Shown piece after piece: positions 51,181 to 64,000 of a stretch of DNA of 64,000 nucleotides. Source of the DNA: Eledone cirrhosa (taxonomy: Eukaryota); the NCBI GenBank assembly GCA_964016885.1, contig OZ024765.1, positions 23,622,001 to 23,686,000 on the forward strand. Reading direction: 5' to 3'. Numbering within the stretch: the first letter of the stretch is position 1; each line of letters starts with the position of its first letter. The position numbers and the translations under genes were made by a program. Under the pieces are notes generated by a model, which made no database searches, was not told the origin of the DNA, and was given only the letters and a program-made list of their open reading frames with translations.

Positions 51181-51811
51181 ATGTATGTATTTATATATAT
51201 ATGTGTATATATATATATACACGTATATATTTGTATATGTATTTATATATATGTATATTTCATCATCATTGTAGACACTCGTAATAGAAACTGATACTGG
51301 GTAGAGAGAGCTCTTAAGTCCAGTAAAATAACCTCTCTAGTGCCACAAACAATATTGCTGTAAAGGGGTTGATGAGAGGAAGGGCATCCAACCAGAAAAG
51401 AAAAAATAACGCCAAAATTATGGAAAGCCCTGCAAATGAAATGCCCACTAATTGTGTCTACAGGACTAACACAAGTCATGTTGGTGTGAGAATCCTTTGA
51501 CTGTTAACAAGCAATTGCACAGCATTTTCCCCTTCTTCCATGTAGAAAGAACTGTTACTCAAGAAACTGTCAAGTTACACATCTCAGGTCCCAGACAATT
51601 CCCATGTTAGAATGTGATATAAGAATGAAGTTCCTGGGTAAAGGCTATAAGGCAGACCTCCCAAGAGTTAGAAGGATAACATTTATAGAGCTTGCTGGAA
51701 TACCAGTTCTCACATTGAAGAGAATTACTCTGGACAGGAAAGTTGATATCTACAGTTTACCAATATAGAAATATAAAATTTACAATGTTAAATCTATCTC
51801 TATTATCTCAT

Positions 51812-51832
51812 ACTGTTTCTTTCTTATTTCAG
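51812..51832 (+). other. Candidate 3' splice acceptor of the ZNF coding exon
   Basis: Polypyrimidine tract CTGTTTCTTTCTTATTTCAG| about 375 nt upstream of the ATG. Confidence 0.55.
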
Positions 51833-52207
51833 AATATCAGATGACATTGGGATAAATTTATTTTTTAATCTTGAATACATCCCCTCTATTTATCATCATT
51901 TCAAGAATAAAGCTTTGCATGCAGAATTCATATAACACTGTTTATATAAATCTATGGCAGAATTACTGTAAAATATTTCCTCAGAACTGTGTTTCTTGGA
52001 CAAATATCATTTCGTCATCATCTGAAATATTTACAAAATGATTTTGAATCTTAACTAAACTTGGATCAGAAAGAAGTTTGCATCATCTTCAGATCTTGAC
52101 TGAGGTCACAGTTGTTGGAAATATAGCAGAAGAAATATCTTCAGGAATATAATATATAAAATAAGACAAGAATAACATCTGTAAATTCTGCTAGGGGAAG
52201 AAGAAAC

Positions 52208-54522
<2,315 letters not shown>

Positions 54523-54633
54523 ACTTGTTTATTCTGAAATTATTCTCCTTTAATTTTATTTGTAGAAGTTGTAACCAAGATTTGTGCTGACAAAACTGTA
54601 TGGTACAGAATTTACAAACACTCTATATATATA

Positions 54634-54820
54634 GTAATAATAATTGTTTCTACTTTAGGCACAAGGCCAGCAATTACCCAGTACAGTACTGGTACTTTAT
54701 TTTATCGACCCCGTAAGGATGAAAGGCAAAGTTATCCTCGGAAGGATTTGAACTCAGACTGTAAAGGGACGTAACTATGCTAGAAAACATGGCGTCCAAC
54801 CCTCTACCGATATTGCGAAA
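54634..54820 (-). mobile_element. SINE family 1
   Basis: Aligns with 18591-18755. Confidence 0.88.
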
Positions 54821-54943
54821 ATAAATGGGAAGAATAAAATCCGAAGAGGGATCGATAAGGATAAATATATATCAAATACATAAAAACCATAGAAGAAAGA
54901 TTTATTAAAATAACAGATTAAAGTTTAAGCAAAGAATATATAT

Positions 54944-55375
54944 ACTAGACCTGAAAAATGCGCAGGCTCAAAAGAGCCACAGAATGTTATAATAAACCTT
55001 CAAAAGTGTGGGACTAGAGTTGTTGCTCAAAAATATTGTAATCATTATCTATCGTACACTCTGTGGCATCCTTTTATAAAAAAGAGACTTATAACGAACT
55101 CAAGACGACACGATCATTATTTAAGCTAATGTTCAATATCTCATATTAGATGTTTAGTAATGATTAATACAAAATTCACTTAAACCGAATTCTATATTAT
55201 AAATTCACTTAAATAATTATTGTGTCGTCTTGAGTTCGTTACGAGTTTCTTTTTTATAAGTGTACGATAGATAATGATTACAATATTTTTGAGCAACAAC
55301 TCTAGTCTCACACTTTTGAAGGTTTATTATAACATTCTGTGGCTCTTTTGAGTTTGCGCATTTTTCAGGTCTAGT
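54944..55375. repeat. Fold-back palindrome, ~170-180-bp arms and ~80-bp loop
   Basis: 54944-55125 matches the reverse complement of 55208-55375, with one indel. Confidence 0.93.
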
Positions 55376-56616
55376 TTAATATTTTTTTAAGGCAACGCTT
55401 GTAATAACTCTAGTTAAACATGACATATATTAATAATAAATTATAGTTGTAATGTAATTAGATTATATAATTGTTATTTTATAAATGATCTTATAAATAT
55501 TATTGTAAGATGTATTAAAATATTTTCAGACTTTTAATATAAACAACTACAAAAAAACAATCAATATTAAATAAATATATTTTACATAATAATTATTATA
55601 GTTGAATTAATAAAAATTAAATATTACATACAAATAGTCTAACATAATAATAAAAAAATAATCTAACATAATAATAATAAAATAATCCAACATAAAACGA
55701 ACAATAATATGGACATATATACAAGTAAATATAATACAACCAATATTATAAGCATGTTATAACGAACTGAAAAAAAATAGTTAATATAAATTTTAAAAAT
55801 CATATATAAATTAACAATATAACTTACCAAAACGAGAAAAATATTTTGATGATAAACAACGAAATACAGGAGGAAGATTCAAAAGCGAAACGATAAATAA
55901 GCGTGCAAACAAAGTAGCGGATGCTTAAAACATTCTGTTGTTAGTCACTGCGTATCTAAGATATATTTATGAGTGTATATGTATGTGTGTAGAAATTTCT
56001 GTCCATGAATATGATTGTATCTTTATTTGTGTATATGTATATCTATATGTGAGTATGTATATGTACGTGTGTATAATTATGTGTACCTGTCTGTACGTAT
56101 GTGTATGTTTATATATGTGTTTTTATATACATGTGTGCACATCTGGATATATTTTCAGTGTCTGTTCTAGCTCTCTCAGTACAAATCCCACTGAGGTGAA
56201 GCTGCTTATATATTTTGAGGTCCATAAATGAAATACCAGTGAAATACTGGGGTTGATTCTTCCTGTTTGTCATTGTCTGTGTGTCTACTCTTCTCCCTCT
56301 CTATATATGAGCACGACACTTGCTTCTAAATTGGACAAACCCGTCCAACCCATGCTAGCGTGGAAGATGGACATTAATTGATGATGATGATATCTAGGGA
56401 TTGTAACATTATTACCACAACAGAAGTCTGATGAACTATTGATTTTAGAGTCAGGCTAGATCGAACCTTGAGCTGATTGATAGCAAAACGTGCTTCACTG
56501 CTCAATAAACGTAATGAAGACATGACAAACCTTCCTTTATATATATGTATATATATACACACATATATATTTCTATTGGTGCTTTAAGATAGCGACGTAT
56601 ATATGAATGTATGTAT

Positions 56617-56970
56617 TGTATATTTAACAATATACTGTATGTTTATATAAAAACACTTTGAAGGCCTTTTGCTATGAATTTAAGGTAGTAACTATAGTCA
56701 CACACCTGGCTTCAGCAAAACCAAAGGGAAGTAACCAACGATTGTTTCTCACTTTTTAATGGTTATCAAGGTTATATATCCCCTATTTTTGCTGTGAGCT
56801 GTAGAAGGTGGATTCTTATAGAATTACAATTATGTTTATGCGCTGTTTAAACTCATTAACATACAGGTTGCCTGAAGCTAGGTATGTGATGTCTGTCAAT
56901 ACCTTAAATTCATAGCGCAGGGCCTTCAAAATGATTTTAGATAAACATACAGTATATTATTAAATATACA
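56617..56970. repeat. Diverged fold-back palindrome, ~100-bp arms
   Basis: TGTATATTTAACAATATACTGTATGTTTAT…GCTATGAATTTAAGGTA… matches the reverse complement of 56868-56970. Confidence 0.85.
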
Positions 56971-59900
56971 GCTGACAAGTGGGTAGATAAAGTAATCTAG
57001 GTGTACAGGGTCAATGCAAGAATCATTAAACTCAGACTAGTCCTGAATAAAACAATTACCACAATAATATCAGCTTACGCACCCCAATCGGGGTTGCCAG
57101 ACGAACTTAAGGATAGATTTTACGAGTCCCTAATGCACACTACTGCTCTAACAAACGACAATGACTTCCTAATCATCGCAGGAGATTTTAACGGACACGT
57201 AGATAAACACTGTGACGGCTTCAATAGAGGCCATGGGGTTGGCACAAGAAATGAGGAAGGATTCAGACTTCTAGAATTCTGCGACGCCAATGAGATGTCG
57301 ATATGTAACACAAACTTCAAAAAACCCGACAACCACCTGATCACCTATAGATCAGGGGAGCATTCTAGTCAGATAGATTTTATCCTCATCAGAGGACGTG
57401 ACAGATGGACGGTCGTAGCTTAGTTGTCAGCGACCTCACGGTCAGAACTAGATGAACATGGAAACAGAGGCCAACCTGGAGAAAAAAGATCTGGAAGCTG
57501 AAAGACCCCTCAGCCAGTAACAGATTTAAAGATATTTTACTCAACGCCTACGACAGTAGAGAAGAACAGATAGAGACATTCAATGAGGAATAGAACTGGG
57601 AGTTCCTAAAAAATAACTTACTAGAGGCGACGGGTGAGGTCTGTGGCTGGAGTAAGACCACAAGCAGGAGGAGAGTGACTTGGTGGTGGAACAATAAGGT
57701 AGATGAGGCAGTTAAGGCCAAGAAACAGGCATGGAAAGAATGGAAGAACCGGGGGAGCAGGGTACATTACATAGAGACCAAGAGGGAAGCTAGACGACAA
57801 GTATACTTAGCTAGGAGGGAAGCAGAGGATAGAAAATTCAAGCATGTTTTGCAACGTGAGGACCAGAAACAGGAGGTGTTCAAGATTGCGAGGCAGTGTG
57901 ACAGACAGAATTGTGATGTCATTGGAGAGAAGTGTATCCGGAATGTTAAAGGTGCGCTTGCCCTCACAAGTGCTGAGAAGAAAGATGCATGGAAGAGTCA
58001 TTATGATAGATTACTAAATGAGGAGAATGCACGGGAAGAAGAGACCCTACCCCAAGTAGACCCTATAGAAGGGCCAGCAGTACAAGTCAGCAGCAGCGTA
58101 GTAAGTAAGGCAATCAAAGATATGAAGATGGGGAAGGCAACCGGTCCATCGGGTATAGCTGCCGAGATGCTGAAGGCATCTGGGTCTGTATGTCACACTA
58201 TAACCACACGTATAGTTAACCAGGTAATACTAGGTGTCACCAAAAGATTGGTGCAGTAGCATCATTGTCAACTGCTACAAAGGTAAAGGTGATGCACTCG
58301 ATAGAGGAAACTATAGAGGTATAAAGCTGATGGACCAGGTCATGAAAGTAACAGAAAGAGTTATAGCACAGTTGATTAGGGACCGGGTGAAACTAGATGA
58401 GATGCAATTTGGGTTTGTACCAGGAAGAGGCACCACTTATGCCCTCTTCCTTGTGAGGCAGTTACAGGAAAAGTACCTAGCTAAATCTACCTGGCATTCG
58501 TCGATCTCGAGAAAACCTCTGACAGAGTTCCACGTGCTGTAATCTGGTGGGCTCTTAGAAAACTAGGAGTAGATGAATGGCTTGTGAAAGCGGTACAAGC
58601 CATGTATAGGGGAGCAGTCAGCAAAGTTAGGATTAGCAATGAGTATAGCGAGGAATTTAGCGTACAGGTTGGTGTCCACCAGGGCTCTGTTCTTAGCCCT
58701 CTCCTGTTCATCTTAGTCCTGCAGGCAATAACGGAGGAGTTTAAAACAGATGCCCATGGGAACTCCTGTATGCTGATGACCTCACACTTATAGCTGAATA
58801 TATGGTAGAACTAGAGATGAAATTCCAAACTTGGAAGCAGGGACTAGAAAGAAAGGGTCTCAAAGTCAACATGACAAAGACTAAGGTCCTTGTAAGTGGA
58901 CGAGAAAACAGAACCCAGATCCGCTCAGGGAAATGGCCTTGCTCAGTATGTAGGAAAGGTGTAGGTAGGAACTCCATTCTCTGCCCCAAATGCAAACAAT
59001 GGGTACACAAGAGATGTAGCGGGATCTCAGGAAGCTTAATTAAGAATATAGGCTTCACATGCAGCAGCTGTACTGGGACAGCAAGCAGCAAACAGCCACA
59101 GGAAACAAGTACCACCAGTCTCTGGGAGGGCTCTGTAGAGACAGTAGACAGCTTCTGCTACCGAGGTGACCGAATTAGCAGCGGAGGTGGGTGTTCAGAA
59201 AGTACAATAACTAAGAACGGGATGGAAGAAGTTCAGGGAACTACTGCCACTGTTAGCTGCAAAAGCTTTCTCCCTCAAAATGAAAGGCTGACTGTATGAT
59301 GCATGTATCCGAACAGCAATGTTACATGGTAGTGAGACCTGGGCGCTGAAGGTGGAAGACTTACGTAGATTAGAGAGAAACAAAGCCTGCTTGCTCCGAT
59401 GGATGTGTAATAGTAATATACGCGACCGACAAAGCTTAAATGAATTGAGAGAGAGACTGAATCAAATGCTGTGTGCAGGAGAGGCGGTTGCGTTGGTATG
59501 GACATGTGATGCGTATGAAGGATGACAGCTGCATAAAAAGGTGCAGAGCACTAGAAGTCGATGGAAACCGCGGAGTGGGGAGACCCAAGAAGACCTGCGA
59601 TGAGGTGATAAAAGCCGACCTTACCCAATTACACCTCTCAAAGGCGATGACACACGACCGTGACCTCTGGCGTCACGCAGTAATACAGAGTACCCGATCT
59701 CCCATGGGTCCAAGCTGAAGCATAGACAATATGCCCCCACACCCTCCCACACAAGATGGTCGTGGAGGTGCCACGGCAAAAAACACCCAGCCCACACTGT
59801 AAAGTGGACGTCTAGGCGCCACGAAAAAGCACCCAGCACTCACTGTAAATGAGGTTGGTGTTAGGAAGGGCATCCAGCTGTAGAAATCAAGCCAAATCAG

Positions 59901-60012
59901 TTCCTGTATGAGCAAGGCATGGTCAGCGACCAGACACTGCCCACAACAGGACAACCCATCTAACCCATGCTAGCGTGGAAGAACGGACGTAAAACGGTGA
60001 TGATGATGATGA
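56971..60012 (+). mobile_element. RTE LINE subfamily A, 5'-truncated, multiply frameshifted
   Basis: Reverse-complement paralogue of 40601-43710. (GAT)n tail at ~59998-60012. Confidence 0.93.
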
Positions 60013-60033
60013 TACAATACCTACATTCATATA

Positions 60034-60659
60034 TCTATAAAACTGAGGGTCTGTCTGTGTATGAGTTTGAATCCCTAAAATTCAATAGGTATCCAACCGA
60101 TTTTTTTCAAACTTTACATGTGTATTACTTATGTTTCAATGAGTGTTATGCGCATAAAAAAATTCGACTTTATGATCCCCTAGGGCCCGCAGTAGGTGAA
60201 AAACTGTGTTTTTTAAGCTTTTTAGGGTTTTCTAAGGCGTTACGTCATACTGATTTCCTTGAAATTGTAACTATGTATTAGTCAGTCTCTTCTTCATACC
60301 GTCTCTTCTTCATCCAACTTTTTTATGGCCTAGGGCCCACATTAGGTGAAAAACTCAATTTTTTTCAGCATTTTAGGGCTTTTTGTAGGCGTTACGTCTA
60401 GCCGATTTTTCCCGACATTTCAAGGCATATTATGCACATAAAAAAATTCATTTTCTTGATCCCCTGGGGCCCGCATTAGGTGAGAACCTGCATTTTTCCT
60501 TCTTCATCGAGGAAAATCTTAAAGATTATCCAGCCATCAGAGTATTCGGTTTATTTTCTTTACATATTGTCCAGGCATGTAGTTCTTCCACGATTAGGTC
60601 TGTTGGCGGTCCGCGTTCCAAAATACCTTATCCCATGCAACGCCGGGTACCACTGCTAG
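60034..60659 (+). mobile_element. Non-autonomous Helitron-like element
   Basis: A|TCTATAAAA start. Subterminal CCCATGCAACGCCGGG followed by CTAG|T. Three internal CCT(A/G)GGGCCC.CA.TAGGTGA subrepeats at 60179, 60328 and 60462. Confidence 0.7.
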
Positions 60660-61221
60660 TATATATATAAACTTAAGAAAATTAACAAATAGGGGACCAG
60701 ACAAATGAAAACAAGGCAAAACGAAAAACCCTTTTTTTAAGGGGAAACCGTAAAAAATAATTATTTGAAAATGAAAATACAAATGAAAAACACAGAACTC
60801 CAGGTTCATCAGCTGTTGAGATGGACCTTGCCAGTTTCAACTCCTACCAACGGCACTGCTTGTACACCCAGGGTGAGAGATGGTCACATATTAAAATACG
60901 CTCATCAGATCTCAGACCAACTGCAATTTCAATCTGAGATTACTGCGAAGAATGGGAGGCTCGAAACAATGGAGAAATAAATATCTTCGTTAGTACCCAT
61001 TCTATTTCTTCCTATCATTTCTTTAAGTCAACTCACAGCCACTGATTGCTGTCCTTCGAGGTAATGTTTTACCCAACACCACTTCGATGGTATTTTGCTG
61101 TTTTAACAGCTTCATTACGCCGAGTTTTTCTACTTTCCTACAAATTCTAATACACTGGCGTTTCAAAACTCGATATCCGAGTTAATATTCTTTATGTACA
61201 TATATATATATGTATATATTG

Positions 61222-61405
61222 AGAACGGGTAAACTTCCCGAGATCCATGGACGAGTTCTCTCCAGCGGTCTCTCTCTCCCTCATCATCACTGCCATCTCC
61301 TGCGTCTCCAAGAGACCAGTGTCTGTCCTTAGCGCATCAATATATGTCAACCTCGTCTCCGTCTTCTAGTGTGTCCGTGCAGGGGCTCCCACAGGAGCAC
61401 TGAGT
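61222..61405 (-). mobile_element. 3' tip of the RTE-group family seen at 32995-33937
   Basis: Reverse complement of ~33745-33930 (…GGAGAGAACTCGTCCATGGATCTCGGGAA…). Confidence 0.85.
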
Positions 61406-61639
61406 CCTTCATATAAATATATACATATATATATATATATATTGTTATACTTGGGGAGGGTCATATTGTTATAATATTGCCAGAAATAATAACAGAACAC
61501 ACTCACTGTTTGGTTTGGGTTGGTTTTCGCTTCTGTATCTTTTATATCGCCATAGTTAATTTATCTGGCAATCAAAGTTTATCATTGACTGACCAACAGT
61601 TAAAAATACAGATATAAATATATATATATATATAGTCTA

Positions 61640-62315
61640 TCAAAGTTCTTTCGACACACATCCGTGGCTCCTGATTCTGTCTCTTTGGTTGTAGCCAGAG
61701 AACTGCATGCAGTTGATGAAGTGTTGGATGTGTCTTTCCATTTCTGTTGGGTCACACATGCGGGACACATTCTTCATCACTCTTACCAAGTCTGCAATCA
61801 GAATATTAAACTTAGCACTACTGGACATTGCTGAGTTTTTGAGTATCAGGTATTTGGAGGCCATGGGTTTAGCGTATTGTGAGTGGAGAATTTGAGCCCT
61901 CTCGGCTGTAGTGTTTAACCAGATTTCTATGTCTAATGCAGGTAGTCTATTGTTAGGGTGTTTGGAAGGGTAGTCGATAGTTACAGTTATACTCTGGTGT
62001 ATGGAGTTAGCTATCTGCTGCATGCGCCCCATTGTGCTATCTTCTAATTTATGTTTATTAGTACTCTCTTGTGGGGGTGTTCTTATTACTATATTGATAT
62101 CGTCTACGTAACGAGAGTACATGATGAGGGCTATGGAGTTCTCTTCTAGGAGTTCTCTGAAAAAAATGGTCGCACATGCAATAGGAGCTAGTATTAAAAC
62201 TAACCTAAAGGGCCATATGTTTAAATTTAATGATAAAGTCTCCACCCAGATTGAGGGAGCAGCGATGTTGCCATTCTATTTATGGTATGGTGGGAGAGGA
62301 GAACTCCTAGAAGAT
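61640..62315 (-). mobile_element. Penelope-like RT fragment with an inverted upstream segment
   Basis: Minus strand: YSRYVDDINIV, LPALDIEI, YAKPMAS...SAMS. Plus strand 62162-62315: HMFKFNDKVSTQIEGAAM. Confidence 0.75.
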
Positions 62316-62371
62316 GGTGCCTCTACGACTCCACAAGAAGTTATGGGATCTTTATCGTTTTTTATCTAGTT

Positions 62372-64000
62372 TTAATATGGTACCACCACTCCTCAGGTTG
62401 TGAGGAGTGGTAGTATTGGAGGTAGTGTTAATATGGTACCACCACTCCTCAGGTTGGGAGGAGTGGTAGTATTGGAGGTAGTGTTAATATGGTACCACCC
62501 CTCCCCAGGTTGGGAGGAGTGGTAGTATTGGAGGTAGTGTTAATATGGTACCACCACTCCCCAGGTTGGGAGGAGGGGTAGTATTGGAGGTAGTATTAAT
62601 ATGGTACCACCACTCCCCAGGTTGGGAGGAGTGGTAGTATTGGAGGTAGTGTTAATATGGTACCACCCCTCCTCATGTTGGGAGGAGGGGTAGTATTGGA
62701 GGTAGTGTTAATATGGTACCACCCCTCCTCAGGTTGGGAGGAGGGGTAGTATTGGAGGTAGTGTTAATATGGTACCACCCCTCCTCATGTTGGGAGGAGG
62801 GGTAGTATTGGAGGTAGTGTTAATATGGTACCACCCCTCCTCAGGTTGGGAGGAGGGGTAGTATTGGAGGTAGTGTTAATATGGTACCACCCCTCCTCAG
62901 GTTGGGAGGAGGGGTAGTATTGGAGGTAGTGTTAATATGGTACCACCCCTCCTCATGTTGGGAGGAGTGGTAGTATTGGAGGTAGTGTTAATATGGTACC
63001 ACCCCTCCCCAGGTTGGGAGGAGGGGTAGTATTGGAGGTAGTATTAATATGGTACCACCACTCCCCAGGTTGGGAGGAGTGGTAGTATTGGAGGTAGTGT
63101 TAATATGGTACCACCCCTCCTCAGGTTGGGAGGAGGGGTAGTATTGGAGGTAGTGTTAATATGGTACCACCCCTCCTCATGTTGGGAGGAGTGGTAGTAT
63201 TGGAGGTAGTGTTAATATGGTACCACCCCTCCCCAGGTTGGGAGGAGGGGTAGTATTGGAGGTAGTATTAATATGGTACCACCACTCCCCAGGTTGGGAG
63301 GAGTGGTAGTATTGGAGGTAGTGTTAATATGGTACCACCACTCCTCAGGTTGGGAGGAGGGGTAGTATTGGAGGTAGTGTTAATATGGTACCACCCCTCC
63401 TCATGTTGGGAGGAGGGGTAGTATTGGAGGTAGTGTTAATATGGTACCACCCCTCCTCAGGTTGGGAGGAGGGGTAGTATTGGAGGTAGTGTTAATATGG
63501 TACCACCCCTCCTCATGTTGGGAGGAGTGGTAGTATTGGAGGTAGTGTTAATATGGTACCACCCCTCCCCAGGTTGGGAGGAGGGGTAGTATTGGAGGTA
63601 GTGTTAATATGGTACCACCCCTCCTCATGTTGGGAGGAGTGGTAGTATTGGAGGTAGTGTTAATATGGTACCACCCCTCCCCAGGTTGTGAGGAGGGGTA
63701 GTATTGGAGGTAGTGTTAATATGGTACCACCCCTCCTCATGTTGGGAGGAGTGGTAGTATTGGAGGTAGTGTTAATATGGTACCACCACTCCTCATGTTG
63801 GGAGGAGTGGTAGTATTGGAGGTAGTGTTAATATGGTACCACCCCTCCTCATGTTGGGAGGAGTGGTAGTATTGGAGGTAGTGTTAATATGGTACCACCC
63901 CTCCCCAGGTTGTGAGGAGGGGTAGTATTGGAGGTAGTGTTAATATGGTACCACCCCTCCTCATGTTGGGAGGAGTGGTAGTATTGGAGGTAGTGTTAAT
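62372..64000. repeat. 56-bp minisatellite with an internal hairpin (continues past the right edge)
   Basis: Unit TAATATGGTACCACCCCTCCTCAGGTTGGGAGGAGGGGTAGTATTGGAGGTAGTGT with period 56 (62821, 62877). Confidence 0.98.

Noticed and set aside
55938-56231. Cys/Tyr/Val-rich ORF (and similar ORFs at 34056, 35176, 44487 and 45226)
   Set aside because: These are translations of degenerate (TA)n/(TG)n low-complexity DNA.
56335-56392. Independent element
   Set aside because: It is only the last ~55 nt of an RTE or SINE tail with (GAT)n, too short to classify.
60800-60910. Two CTGATGA motifs on the minus strand as hammerheads
   Set aside because: No GAAA core follows at a suitable distance.
61474-61573. 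Short inverted repeat ATTGCCAGA…TCTGGCAAT
   Set aside because: Too short, with no TSD or second copy in the window.

Overview
This is animal genomic DNA, most likely a cephalopod (octopus). That is an inference from the RTE-LINE/tRNA-SINE repertoire and an effector-less poly-C2H2 zinc-finger gene. The only host protein-coding gene seen is a 16-finger C2H2 ZNF (52208-53659, +), probably with non-coding upstream exons and an intron filled with antisense RTE LINEs. Most of the rest is repetitive: a 44-bp satellite with higher-order structure (1-17950), 52-, ~24- and 56-bp minisatellites, CR1, Tx1/L1, R4/Dong, RTE and Penelope-like retroelements, SINEs, MITEs, a Helitron-like element and several long fold-back palindromes. 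Main observations: (i) the 44-bp satellite monomer matches a motif already duplicated in the 3' UTR of the RTE LINEs in this window; (ii) a fold-back element with an 8-bp TSD and histone-3'-stem-loop-like motifs is split by a ~10.6-kb train of five retroelement insertions joined at (ATT)n tracts; (iii) nested palindromes enclose tRNA-Ser-like relics; (iv) two non-L1 elements show twin-priming-type 5' inversions. Coordinates and alignments were read by eye and are approximate. No database searches were run.
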